A DNA stretch of 64,000 bases from Tubiluchus corallicola (Eukaryota; Animalia; Priapulida): contig JAQGDQ010000082.1 of NCBI GenBank assembly GCA_030141605.1, forward strand, positions 620,001 to 684,000, given 5' to 3'. How positions within the stretch are numbered: position 1 is the first letter of the stretch; each line of letters begins with the position of its first letter. A program made the translations under genes and the position numbers. Under the pieces are notes generated by a model. It saw only the letters and a list, made by a program, of their open reading frames with translations. It made no database searches and had not been told where the DNA came from. Of the stretch, positions 50,373 through 63,495 are shown in pieces.

Positions 50373-53300
50373 GTAATGTGTTTAAAGCACAAGAAAATTG
50401 TCATTCACTTACATAAAACTTAAAAAATTTGTCTTGAAGGTTTGTACCACTTACATGCTACCTTTCTGCAAACAGGATTTGTGTTGGCAGTAACGTTGTA
50501 TAAAACATATAAATTTAAACTCCCGCGATGACCGTTAAACACAGCCATTTTGACGATAAGCCATTACAAGTTTAGATAACGCTGAGTAAAGTTTGAAAAA
50601 ATAATCGGAGCACTCGTATCGCACACGTCATTGACTAAGTAAAATTTTAAATTACTGTATCAGGTCAATAAGATTAAAAATATGCTTTTTGGTTAGTGAG
50701 TGGTGCACCCTGGAGGGGTGAGCCAGCGAGATTTTACCAATTGGTGAAAGCATTTTAAATAACTAATAATTTTCTTTTCTAGTTACATAAGTCTTTCAAG
50801 CAGGTAAGCGAGTGCTAAGTAAAATAACTTTGTACATGGAAAGCTTTTGGGACATAATTTTAGCATTGCACTTTCTTTCCCTGGTTTATGTTGTACCCTG
50901 TAATGGCATGGTCTGAACAGTATCATGGGAAATTTAAAATGAAAACAAACATTCAACCTTTCAACGCGTACAATATATACATAAAATTGCTGTAAAGTAA
51001 TATAATTTTTTAAGGCGATTTTTCTGAAAACCTACTTCAGGTACCTCTTTTCTTGTCCTTTAAGGTTTTCGAAATTTCTAATTTGTTTTACGCATAAATT
51101 CATTTTTTGTTTGAATGATTGTGCATCACAGTGTTTGCTAATTAGGGTTAGCTTTTCTTCATTTTAGTATATTTTCTTTTCCATGAGCTTTTTTTTTGCT
51201 AAATAATGTTCATTTTTAAAGTAATTGGGACCTGCTGCTATTCACGTACTTTAACTGGTTTAATGCACAATACTATGCATGACATTAAACCTGAAAGTAC
51301 AGTTGCTGACACATGTGGCCTGCAGGTCAGATCTTAGCTCAAAATTGGATATTGGAGTCTTAAAATTCAATGTGAATTACTGATTAATTTTACGGGTAAC
51401 AACGTGTAATTCCAAAACATTTGTTAATATAGAATGAAGGAAGTCATTTTTATCAAATTAAATCATATAAATTTTTTAATGATTTTATTGAGGAAATTTT
51501 GTTTGCTTTAGATCCTTGTTATTCTAATGTTACTTATGGTGAAAATTCCATATAATAATTGATTAGTAAACTATGGTAAAGAAGTTGTTTTTTTTTCAGG
51601 TGGACATGATGATGCGTCACTGCAAGAAGTTTCTGTTAATCAGCTGGCTGATCATAAACCACGGTCGGCGAGAAAACTACGTTCCAGGACCGGACTGGTG
51701 TCTTATTCCACAGAAAAAGTAGAGGGCGATTCTGAATCTTCAGGGCAAGTACCTACATTGAATTTTTAGACACTCTATATTGCTTGAAAGGTAGAATTTC
51801 TTCTCATTTATCATTTTGTTTAAATCTGTGTTTGTTGTGCCAGCTTTTTATGTTTGCCACAGGCACAGGTATTTTGCGAAATACATGTTTGTTTCCAGGG
51901 AAATGAAAGTGTATTAAAAGTGTTATGTAAAGTAACCCGTACATAGTTTGTGAAAATGCTGTGTTTAAGCCAGCAAGCTGGGATTCTGTATACATTTACA
52001 CAATGTTGGCACACTTTTATGGAGAATGGGTGCACTACTAAATTTTGATCTTTGGAATATAACTAATGAACTGTTTGGTCTGCCAATCACATGAGTGATT
52101 ATATCATACTTGGATAGATTAAATGCGTAGAGCAAAAAATATACTATAACGGGGCATTATAATATTTGGCTTCCATTTTAAATAGCATCAGATGCACTAT
52201 GTGTGTTAAAGGAGTAATGAATTATATCGCAAGGTTTAGTGGTATACTGTATGTGATCTTGCTAATCTCTGATCGTTGTCTGAGCCGGGCATATTTTTTT
52301 CCGCAATGGTCCACATTATGCTGAGTTTAGTTTAGCGGTGTAAAATTTCTGAACAAGTTTGGAGCTCTTTGCCACAGGGATAAATCAATTTAGTTTAAAG
52401 TGATGCTGTCTGTTGAATCTAGATTTCTTTCACACTTGTATATTTTAGTTAGCTTGTATGGGTAATAAAATTGGCTGTCATTATAATACCGTATAATTGC
52501 AGCTTTGATTTATTATAAACAATTAAACGTCTGTCATAATGATTTTATTACCATACTAATTTGTTATACATTTTCAGTTCTGAAGGTGAAGAAGAAGGTG
52601 TACATTTAACAAAAAGAGATGATATAATGTTCGTTGATTCACCGCTAACAGCCGAAGTGGGCCAAGCTTTATCTCAGAGCGTACGAAACAAATCGTACGC
52701 CGACATACAGATGCCTCCAGAGCCCCCGGGGCGTTGTTCAAAAGAATTACAAGAAAGAATAGCTCGTGAATACGAGAAAAGGTTGCGTGGTCAAAATGCA
52801 AATATGTTGATACAGCGGCGGAAAGATTTCCGCAATCCTAGTATTTATGAGAAACTGATAGACTTCTGTAAAATAGATGAGTTCGGGTCGAATTATCCTA
52901 GAGATATATTCGATCCACATGGCTGGGGCCCAGAATCTTTCTATGAAGAGCTAGCCAAAGTGCAGAAGGCGGAAATGGATAAACGGGAAAAAGAGAAGAA
53001 AGACCGAACGAAAATAGAATTTGTGACTGGAGTGAAAAAGCCAACTGCATCTGATACTGCAGGTAATTTGTAGTTCTTTGGGTTGTGGTAATAATTGATT
53101 GTCTCAAGAATTTTTTCACAACAAAATTTTTTACATTTAATTGATATTTAATTGAAAATTCTTTGCCATTTCTAACCTAGAAACTGCAGTAACGGCGCTT
53201 AAAAGTTGCCTTTTAAGAAACTGCTGTTTAATTTACGCTTTGGACACACATATTGAAGTATTTTAACTATCTTTAATTGTGTTCCCTAATTATCAATATT

Positions 53301-56057
53301 TTATCTTTGAGACAGTCATTATTACCATGGCTCAAATCATTTAAAACTCACCATACAAACGTTTCTCTTGATGCTGACCATAGGTTTTCAAATTGATGTG
53401 TCTGTGCCCCTCATTTGCAAATTATTAAATAGATTTTTTTTAAATAACATCAAAACATTGTAGAAATAAATTTAAAGTATCTATTGCTTGTGACTTTATT
53501 CTATTTACAGCGAAAATGCGGCGTACATTAATTTGCAGCCTATGTGTGTCAATTTGGGAGCAGCGTTTGTTGTATTTCTTGTTTCCACTAACAGCTGTTG
53601 TCTAATATACGAGTGCTGGTTTCTGTAACTTCAGGTGCTTTAGTGTCAGCCATGCATGGCGCATGCATTAAAATGTTGTTTTAGTAGTAAATATAGCTGG
53701 CAACATTTTACCACTGATGTTTATATTTAGGGGGCTGAGGCTCAACAACTTGTGATGATGGCTGACATCTTCTGGCTGAGCAGATAGATGGCTCTGTTTG
53801 GCATGGATGGAAGACGAAGCAAAACCACTGTGACCTACCCTTCACGTCTGACTGTGCTAGATGAGGTTTTACCACCTCGGAATTAAAGATCAAACCCCCG
53901 TGTGTCGTGGGATTGGTCTTCTGGCTTCAACATTTAGTAGTTAACAGTCTGGCACAGTGGGGGTTAAAGCTTTAATGTAGTATTGTTTGTAGCTGCTGCC
54001 TGTCTATAGTTGAAAGTGGATGCATGTGAGTGAGTGCTAGGGTGTAATTGTTTTTAGATGCGTTTTTCAGGATAATAGTTTTTGTTACACATATACAATT
54101 ATAAATTTCTTTTTTAATCAAAGGATTTTTCAAAACATTGCAAATTGTATACAAGCCTTTACCGGTCGATTAATAATTTATAATCTAGAAACGGATGATT
54201 GTTTGCACAAGTTCTTTTTAGATTAAGAAGTTGAGTGATTGTTTTAAAGAGCGAAGTCTGTGGCAGACAACAACAACTTTGTATGTGAGAGCGTGTGCGT
54301 GGCTGTTGTTGTACAAATGTGAGGATATGGCAGCAGCATAATATTTGCAAATGTCTTTTATATAGGAGTGGCAGCTAAAGTATCTAGTTTGTCTGGAAAA
54401 GAATTGATTTTTATTCACTGATGTGGTAACGTATGGTAACCTTAGTATCTTGGTAAACAAAAAGTTGTCAGTTTTTACTACTCTTATTTCAGTCATTTGC
54501 TAGTTGTTTGCCTTGAACCAAGTTTAGTAACTTATTTAATTATTTTTTTAAAAACAACAGAGATTTTTTCTTCTAACTTAGACTATGTTGATCATAATGT
54601 GATTACAAAAACACGATTCTAACTGCATAAAATTTTAGTTACAGATGATTTGACCGTTTATCTTTGTAAAAGTTTTTTCTTCCAGATTTTAAGGACTTTG
54701 GAAATTCAAAGGGAATGACTTCATATAGGCAACCATTTGGTGTAACTTGGATCCACCAGCTGTTTTGTTGACTGACCAGTCTGTGCAGTCTGATGATTTT
54801 TTTGCAAAGAAACAAAATAACTTGGCTACTAATTTCAATAATTTTCACTAGAGTTTATGTCGTTTATGCCAAAAAACAAGTCTAAATTAATAATATAAAA
54901 TACACTGAATTATTGGTGGTGCCTTGGTTTTATTGTTTTTTACATTGCTTGCCTGCAATAGATAATGGTACAAATGCTACAGCACGTGTTCTTCTGTTGC
55001 AGATGCAGTGGCCTTTGATTTAAAATTTTCATAGTTTTCAGTTGTGCATTAAACTGAAATGAAACATTTTTTAGGAGACAAGCTCGTGCTTATAGGTTGC
55101 TACTACAGTTTACAGTGTTTGAAATTAGTAGCCTAAAAATAGATCCTTAGAATATTTTGATAAATCATTACGGAAATTTTCATTTGCATTTCCACGAACA
55201 TCTGATCTAGCTTCTAAAGTTAATGTCTGTTTCTTATTGCCATATCCGTGGTTATCAGCACTGCTTGGTTTAGTAATGTTCTGATGGAAACCTTAACGAA
55301 GAATTGTTCATTATCAATCAAATTTTGCATCATTTAGTAGAAAACATTTTCCATTTTTAAAATCATATGATGCTTACCCCATGCTTTTCAATGTGAATTT
55401 GTTGCTAGGCTACTGGCTTTTTTCTTTCCCTGATAATTTATCAGAATCTTCTTAAATACAGGCAAACCAGCACTTGTATATTACCATATTGTCATGTTGA
55501 ATGGCAGACATATTTGCTAAAATAGCTATGATGATACAAATTGTTTGTTACATTCGATTTAACTCTTCATTCAGTACATTTTTTGGTTGTAAATAGATTT
55601 TTTCAATTGCCATTGCTATTACTGCAGAGTGTAAATCTTTCATGCAATGTTTTGCTGCATTTCTCAGTTTCAAGCTCCTATTTTGAAACTGCTTCAAATA
55701 AAGCAACTTTATTGCAGTTCTCTGTTGCTCTGACTAAACACTTGGGTTACATGACATAATCAAATGTTATATCTTGTACATTTAGTTAAATCGACTGTAA
55801 TAAGCTGACAAATATATGTGAATTAAATTTGTTTTACGAGTATTTAATGAGATTTTTCTTTGGTTTTTTGTTCTGTAGCTGATGAACTCAAGAAGAGAAA
55901 AAGCAAATGGGATCAAGCAAATCCTGCCGCAGTACCTCTTCCGGGCTCAAAAAATCCACTTGTGATAGGAAATGCGGCTGGTGCAGTCGTCTCCACAACC
56001 ATGGGAGGAGGAAAAACGGTGATACCAAGTGTAGGTAATCTTAGTAAAAAGAAATGA
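50117..56057 (+). CDS. SAP30BP: SAP30-binding protein (HCNGP family), complete, 354 aa. join(50117-50372,51600-51744,52578-53062,55879-56057)
   Basis: Acidic N-terminus with SLAAYDDSD; core PPEPPGRCS...IQRRKDFRNPSIYEKLIDFCKIDEFGSNYP.DIFDPHGW...KIEFVTG; C-terminal KKRKSKWD and TVIPSVG. Exon lengths sum to 1065 nt ending in TGA. Confidence 0.93.
51600..51744 (+). CDS. SAP30BP: SAP30BP coding exon 2 (GHDDASLQ...TGLVSYSTEKVEGDSESS)
   Basis: ttttttttcag| acceptor; LVSY motif; 3' boundary requires a GG|gcaagt donor. Confidence 0.78.
52578..53062 (+). CDS. SAP30BP: SAP30BP coding exon 3 (HCNGP core)
   Basis: ttttcag| acceptor, G|gtaatt donor; very strong family motifs. Confidence 0.95.
55879..56057 (+). 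CDS. SAP30BP: SAP30BP last coding exon (DELKKRKSKWDQ...SKKK*)
   Basis: ttctgtag| acceptor, phase 1, KRKSKWD motif, TGA stop. Confidence 0.9.
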
Positions 56058-56837
56058 CACTTGTTGAATATGTGAGTCTTTTTTGTAACTGTAAGTTACT
56101 GTGTATTTAGTTACCACATTGTAGAAATTAACTTGTAAACTTAGGTTTTTGTAAACTTAGTAAGGTTATAAGCTAGCTGCAAAAGACCTTGTTGCCACAA
56201 GGAAACACAAACTAGAAAATGAAAATTTTCAGTTTCTTCATGATATACACGCATAAAAGTTGTAAAAAACTATCATTTTTGTATACGTGTGTATGCGAGC
56301 CAAAATGGCTATCAGCATTAAAAAAGGGATGGCTGAGGAATTAGATTTTTAAATTAGTTCCACATTACATTTGCTTTTTTACCTTATTTTTAAAAGCCAC
56401 ATGAAATGTATTGCTTAGGTTGAAATGTGCTGGTTTAAACCTCAATTATATGAAAATTGAAGATATGATATTATTACAGTTTGTTTTATATTCAACAACT
56501 GTCATTAAAAATTTCACGTAGCACTGGCTACCATGTTTTTCATTTTATAAGGGGTGCAAGTGGTCAACAACTTGTTAGTTTTTTGACCATCAAATTTTTG
56601 TTAGTTAATTACACTTTAGTCATGCAACAGCAGTTTAACTACATGCACAAGATCTTATAGGATGTCAGTGAGAATTGTAAATAGCAAAAGAAATCATGTG
56701 ATTGGAAATGAAAGTAATGTTTATAAAAAATCTATTAACAAGAAAGATTGTAAGTAAAAAGTGTAGCTGTGCAAAGCTTTGCTAGTTAAAGTTAGGATGT
56801 GAGGAATATTTTAAGGATATTGTGTAAATAATTTTTC

Positions 56838-56843
56838 AATAAA
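56838..56843 (+). terminator. Candidate poly(A) signal of SAP30BP
   Basis: AATAAA about 780 nt after the stop, followed by a T/GT-rich stretch. Confidence 0.35.
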
Positions 56844-57234
56844 CTATGATGTTATTTTGTAATTTTCTGTTTACTATCGGTTTTTATTGAATGGTTGAAA
56901 GTGTTATTCATTTTTATAACGCTTAATGACTATTGAAGTACGCATATTGTTATTTTTAATTAATCAAGTACAAGTGACCGTTTCAAAGATTATAAAGGTA
57001 CTAACACAAGTTCAATTCTTAATGAATTCCACAATTCTTTCAACTAAAGTAAACTACAGTGGTGTAGTTTGAAATTGGATTTTTTCTGATTTTGTGGGAT
57101 TTTAATTTTTATTAATTGGTGTATCAAAACACAATCAACTAAGCAAAATGTATTGTAATTTAAAATATAAAATTATTTAGTTTATTAAATCACTATAACA
57201 AAAATATTTGCCTTCGTTATTGCTGATTATGATA

Positions 57235-57525
57235 CAGTAGAACCTCGACTGTTCAACGTACATATACGAAAGACCAGAGCATACTTGGTAATTGTTTTTT
57301 GACCGTAACTGTCAGTGAACAAGCTGCCTGATTTTTTTTGGTTATCACGAGTAGAATAGAACAGACCTCGTCTGTTCTTCTAAATCACAGAATGGATCCC
57401 CATTTTATAACATTTTTGTCTGAACATAAAAATTTAATAACCACATAACTTAAACTATAACTACTAATAAAATGTAAATTGCACAAACAAAAGTATGAAT
57501 GTACCTGGCTGTTCAAAACAGTCGA
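57235..57525. mobile_element. Possible degenerate pogo/Tigger-type MITE
   Basis: TA followed by CAGTAGAACCTCGACTGTT at 57235; partial inverted match AACAGTCGA at 57517-57525. Confidence 0.3.
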
Positions 57526-58537
57526 ATATAGGAAATGGTAATAAATTTAAAGTCAAATTTAAGACTCCAAACCCTCATACGTTGATATAAAGCTGCGAGG
57601 CATGTGACTTGCACGACCAAGGAGCCAAAGAACAAAAACCAAAGTGACTTTGTCATTAATGGTATTTTGGCAGGTACACAACAAATCAAACAAATTTTTT
57701 TAGCAGCTAAAATGCTGGATGGTACCAAGTAAGGTAATTTTTATCATAACTCCTATAATGATTGGCTTGAATGATAACAGTATAATGGTAACTGTGTACC
57801 AAAAGTGTAAGAAACGTGAAATTATATAATGAAACAAAACTTAAGTATTGTAACCAATTAGTATAAAATTAAATGTACCCTTAAAAGTAATAATTATCTC
57901 ATCACGTCACACAAATTTTTATTAAATGACCATTGGCCAGGTAGTTTTTCACTTCTAAGGCAAATTTAGCTAGCAGCCATTACAGGCTAGTTCAGTTCAC
58001 AGGCAGAGTTTGCTTTTATTAGCTGATACATAAACAATTGTTTCCATGATTCCATCACTACAATGCTCATTTCAACTGTATTAACAACATACACATATTT
58101 TGAAAGTATTAAATATTGTCATTAATGGATTTAACAATTTCTTTGACGATAAATTAAAAATCATCATCATCATCTATAATGCCGCGAAATCATTCATTTC
58201 ACCAGTACTTTCAATTTTTGTACTTTTCAACAGGTTCTGAAGTTGCCTCAATTAACATGTTTAATTGTACATGTATATTCAAGTTAATTACTTTTGTGGA
58301 TAGCTTGGATATTGAGGTGGTTGCTACTATTAAGCCATTATTCCCAAAGTTTGGTCAATATAGATAAATAATACATGTAGGAAGAAACATCTTGGTAACA
58401 GAATTCTAGGAATGTAAGCATGGGTATGGCAATGTGGGTTAACTATGAGAACTGGATATTTTCAGTTATTAATGTGAATTACATCTACAGTTCAGTGTAG
58501 TGCTTTGTAGCAGAACTTTGCAATCTATTTCATTTTG

Positions 58538-58978
58538 TTATGAATTTGTATGTATTGAAAGAGTACAGTTGTCGTCACCATGCACAGCCGTTGGTGACAT
58601 ACCAACTTCTAAAGTGCTTGAAATCACATCACTATTATTTGTATCACACAAGTTATATTCGGATTTGATTTCCCACGTGTCTTCCAATGGTAAGTAATCA
58701 AACTCCATGACATTCACATCTGGGGTTTTTGTGTATATTTTCTCACTATGTTCCAAGTCAGCGGTACTTTTTACTCCGGAATCAGCAATAGCGTCATGTT
58801 TCTCATCAGTATAAATAAGTACAGCATGCATCCTGTCATTTTCATTCTTTTCCTTGACTGCTTCCATTGTCGGAGCAACAGTTTTACTTTTCTTTCTTGG
58901 TCTACCTCTTCTTTTTGTTGCCTGTACTTGTTCAGCTGTCACAGAATTATCACACACTTTTTTCTCTCTACCTTCAAT
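58538..58978 (-). pseudogene. In-frame 146-codon continuation of the zinc-finger ORF beyond the TAG, with AT-hook KRRGRPRKK (lost C-terminus or readthrough extension)
   Basis: Same frame as ORF 58979-60715 (60715-58957=1758, divisible by 3); begins with a second copy of the KKVCDNSV repeat; AT-hook at 58889-58915. Confidence 0.7.
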
Positions 58979-60684
58979 CTATGGTTTTTTACTCCCTGGG
59001 CTAACTCTGCTGTTCGGTACTAGTTCAGTCATCACAGAATTATCACACACTTTTTTCTTTCCACCTGCTTTTGTCAAAGGCTTTTTAGAGATGGTCTTAA
59101 GCGATTTTTTAGTTTTATGGCGGTCATTAGGCTTGCTAAGCACCTTTGGTTGTTTGAGACGTTTCATCGATTTCTTTGTGTTTATGTCGTTTTTCTTACA
59201 AGTTTTATCTATTGCACATGATTTCAATTTCACATTTTTTCGTTTCCTGACAAACTTCAGCTTAAGATCACCACTGAATCTACTGCCACTTAACTGTGAT
59301 GTCCATTGACCATTATTTCGCTCTTTTGTCAACATTTTATTTGAGTGTTTGCCACATTGCTTCCGACCCTTATTCTGTAATAAAACTTTGATATTTTTTT
59401 GAAACAACAATCTTGGTGGAGGACTAGCATTCGATAGGCCACATTCAGGTAACCTCCTTGAAAGAGGCAAATAAACTTGCAAAGAAGTGTGATGTGCAGA
59501 TGCCTCGGGAACACATTTATCACTTTCCTGACTGTTCTGTAATGCAACACTTGCGGAGGAGTTACAAACAGTGGCAGAATTAACATTTAGTGTTTTTAAG
59601 GCAAAATCGTGGAGTTCATCTTTTGTTATCACAGGAAGTGCCAAGCTATCCAAAGGTGAATAGTACTTGCTACATATTGCATCAGTCACATTCTCTAGCG
59701 CTACGGACGGAACTGATTCTGATTGCACATTGCCATTCAATAAATCTGAAACGTCAGCGACACTGTTAAGCCCATAATCATGATAACTGAAGACATTTTC
59801 CAGCTTAATATGGTTCACTTGTGCGGGGGAAGAACATGAAATGGTACTGGGAAATGATACAGTTTTGATCGTCTCTTTGTGGCACCTCAGTTTCTGCGAG
59901 TGTCGCAGTTCATTTCTCTTTATGCCTTCAGTGGGTCCATAAGAAGGATCATATTCGTAAGAATTCTTTTTATGCCTATGGACGCACCTACCACGAGTCG
60001 GTTTTCCTGTTGGTTTTTTATAGTTCGTAGCAACACTAGTCCAAACTATATCACCTTTTTCGTCAACTGTCACTTTCTTAATGAACTTGGATTCGTACAG
60101 CGATTTTGGCGGCATAAACATCAAAGGAGCACCATGTACACGAGTTTTCTTGCAAACAACAGTTGCTTGACCCCTGTTGTTGACAATGTTCACCTCGAAG
60201 CCTCTACTCTCACGTTTTTGTCCTGGACATCCTTTCGCAGCAGCAACAATTTCCGTCTGTCTTTCACCGTCCTTATTCTGAAAACACTGTTCATTAGGCC
60301 TAATGTCGTGGAAAACAATGGCACCATTACCATTATAGTTTCCAGTGCATTCTTTTGAAGAAACTGCTTCAGGATCCGTTTCACTCTTAACATCGTCACA
60401 GCTGCTGCCACCATTTTCCGCTTGTCGTTCGCGCGACTTCAAAACCCGGAATGGAATATTTCCGGAGCTTGTTACATGAGTGTGTAAACTTTCCATGTGA
60501 TGCCTAAGATGAGGAAAGCGTTTGAAAGCTTTTTCACAAACAAAACATTTGAAAGGTCGTCGATTCTCGTGAACTTGTACAATGTGCTTCTTCAGGTAAC
60601 CCGTTTGCATAAACCTGCGAAAACATAGGTGGCACTCGAAGGGTAGCTCACCAGAATGTGTTCTTCTGTGAACTTCCATATTAT
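58979..60684 (-). CDS. Zinc-finger gene exon C (end of finger 9, fingers 10-11, C-terminal region to TAG)
   Basis: tcttacag| acceptor; ORF 58979-60715. Confidence 0.88.
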
Positions 60685-63076
60685 CTGTAAGACATGCATA
60701 AGTAATTAGATTCATTCTGCCAAACCAAAAAAGCTTGATACCCTCTAAAGCCTAAACTAAAAAAATTACCTGCAAAGAAAAAAACGGGTTGCAGGGCGAT
60801 TGATTTCAAACAAGTACAATTCGCTGACTTTGACAAGTTTCAATTTGAAATCTAGCACACAACAGCATGATTACCTATTACTTTGATGGTTTGTGGCACT
60901 ACTGGCATCTAGCTAAATATTAAGAATAATGCTTGAAGATCAGATTCTAAACAGACATGTTTTAGCCATGCTCAATTAGCTTGGTTATATGTAATCCTAG
61001 TTATCCCACTGCATAGAGATAAATAGTCAGTAGCAGTATAGGCGATAAAATCACCCTAAAGCAAATATCCTAGCAGCCCCCATCTATCAAGATTTACCAA
61101 GCACGTCTATCATTACATAACGTCAGTCTCTAGGCATGTACTGTTACACTCGTTCCTTTTATCCACATGTAAAAGCTACTGAAATTACAGATGAAGCTTT
61201 CTCAGTTAGTGAATTGCAAAGTTAAACTAAAAAATGCGCTCCCTGCTATAACAGTCTTCTAAGGTTTAACCGCTAGGTATTACTTTATTTGAATGAAATT
61301 ACCCACAGTCAGAAGATTGTGATGGCCTTCTATATAAAAACAAACATAACAAACCAATACGTACACTTGGTTCGAAACGCAGCAGGGCATTGGTCACACA
61401 CAAACGGCTTGTAATTCGTATGAGTACGTTTGTGTGCAAGCAGACTCTGTCGTGTTTTAAGTCTGAAGCCACATTCCTCGCACGAATATGCTCTTATGTC
61501 ACTGTGTGTCACATGGTGTTTATTGAGGTCAGTCCGATTACGGAATCCTTTACCGCACTGATCGCATTTTACAGGCCAGCTGTTCGTATGAATGGCCTCA
61601 TGTTTTTTCATACTGGGTCTGTCAATAAATGCATGGCCACAAATCTGAAATACAATAATACATTTCTTAGAATGGAGTGCATATATGTGCTGAAAATAAT
61701 TTAAATTGCTACTGACCAGCTACCCTCCCACAATGTAAATCAATAAATCATATTTAACAAATATTAAAATATAATTAATTCCAATTTCCTAAACTCTAAG
61801 GAACAATTGTCACAATTATTGTGCAACTTTGTTACTATTTTAATCCAAATGTTCTGACTGAAAATTGTAAAGACATTTTTTAAATAGATGCTAAAAGAAT
61901 CACTTTACCAATACTATATTTACAGCTCACAAACAGGTCTGAAAACACGTTTTAGTACATGCTGATTAGCATCTAACTGCTCTACTGTTGTAAATACTTT
62001 ACAAAAATCGTAAATTTTGCAGTCTTTGAGCAGAAACCTAAATTTTGAAAATACTGCAGACACAAAAACAAGACAAGTGCTCAAGTTTGTTAGTATACTG
62101 ACCTAATTATATAAAAAATAGACTAATAAAGATCTGATTTTTACCTGTCTAACTTGATGGTGGGTGAGTGTAAAGGCAAAAAGTACTGACTTGAGCAGAT
62201 TTGATGAAAATATAGATTACAGTTGTAGCACTAGCAAACAAAGTTATTTTAAGATGGCAAGGTTAGGTGGTAGACAGGACTAACCCCCAACTGCTGCATA
62301 ACCAAGTTATTTAAATTGTACATGTATACCTGGCACTTGAAGGGTCGTTCACCGGTATGCACTCTCTTATGAACCTGCAGAGTATATTTGCTGCGAAACA
62401 GCGTGCCACACGTAGGACATTCAAAGGGTTTCTCGCCACTATGTATAAACATATGCGTTTGTAGTCCAGCCTTCCTAAGAAACGTGCGTTCACAAATCTG
62501 ACATCTAAACTTCTTTTCCTCATGCACTTGTTGATGCCTGTGCAGATACTGTTTGGTACTGAAAGCTTTCTTGCATAATTTGCACTTGAATTTTCCCACA
62601 TTTAAGTGACTATCACAGTGCTTCCTCCAAGTACTTGGATCAGAAAAAGACCTGGGACAAATGTCACAGGCCCAAGGTTTTATGCCCAAATGAGAGTTCA
62701 TGTGAAATCGAAATTGTGCAGAACTTGAAAGGTACTTCCTGCAGATGTGACACCAATGCTTCTGCACATTTGTTTCTAGTGATGTGTCCGGGTCAATTTG
62801 TTCTTCTGGGAAAACTAACAAATCTTCAGTTGTTTGAGGTTTAATTGCTTTGCTAACTTCTTCTCGTTGCTGTAGCAAGGTTTTTAGCTTTTTGTAATTA
62901 ATTTTTCGTTTAGCATGGTTCAATGTTTGCGATCTAGTTTTCTTTTGAAAAACAGCATGTTTCTTGCACTGCAATGTTAATTGTTTAGGCTGCGTCATAC
63001 TGAATGCTGTGCGTCCACACGCATGCTCTTTCTTACATACTTGACTGTGAGTTTTTGTTTCAGTCAATTTCCTCAT
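58979..63076 (-). CDS. C2H2 zinc-finger protein, 11 tandem fingers plus long Lys-rich C-terminal region, about 910 aa. join(62330-63076,61365-61644,58979-60684); start codon uncertain
   Basis: CxxC-12-HxxxH repeats with HSGEKPF/HTGERPF-type linkers. Both introns split a finger and restore it on splicing (FKCQ|ICGHAF...H; FRTK-T|[11 protein letters not shown]). Confidence 0.88.
61365..61644 (-). CDS. Zinc-finger gene exon B (fingers 6-9)
   Basis: tatttcag| acceptor, T|gtacgt donor, 280 nt. Confidence 0.9.
62330..63076 (-). CDS. Zinc-finger gene exon A (fingers 1-5 and start of 6)
   Basis: Within ORF 62249-63079; CAG|gtatac donor; first in-frame ATG at 63076, in-frame TAA upstream at 63107-63109. 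Confidence 0.85.
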
Positions 63077-63495
63077 CACTGTACTGCTTGGGAGGGCATT
63101 TCCATTTTACTTTGCCCCTCGATTTGTAGATTTACCTTTTCAAGTGTTGCGCACTTCATAGTGTCCTGGATAGAACATTCAGTGTGAAATAGGACACAAT
63201 GGTCTCAGCACTTGTAAGACTCATCTTAGCTGGTTCTAAAACATCGTTATCTGTTACATTATTAACAAGAGTCGTGTCGTGTTTCTGCAAGGCTTGTCAA
63301 ACCAAACGTAACACCAATGTCAAACTTCTGATCAAAATAAGTTGAACGAATTCCGAGAATTGTCTCAAATAGCAAATTTATACAATAGTCACTGCATCTC
63401 ATGCGGCTTGAATACTGTCTGTATAAAATCATCTTCTAAGCTAAAAATAAACAAAAAAAATATCCGTTATAAGCAACCCAGTAAGAAACTACATG

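Noticed and set aside
53063-55878. Intronic C/D snoRNA in SAP30BP (TGATGA at about 53753, 54791, 55529)
   Set aside because: No appropriately spaced CTGA D box with a terminal stem found.
58748-60414. Plus-strand and alternate-frame ORFs overlapping the zinc-finger exon (e.g. 58854-59309, 59879-60358)
   Set aside because: Shadow ORFs of a long Lys-rich coding exon; no independent domain or splice evidence.
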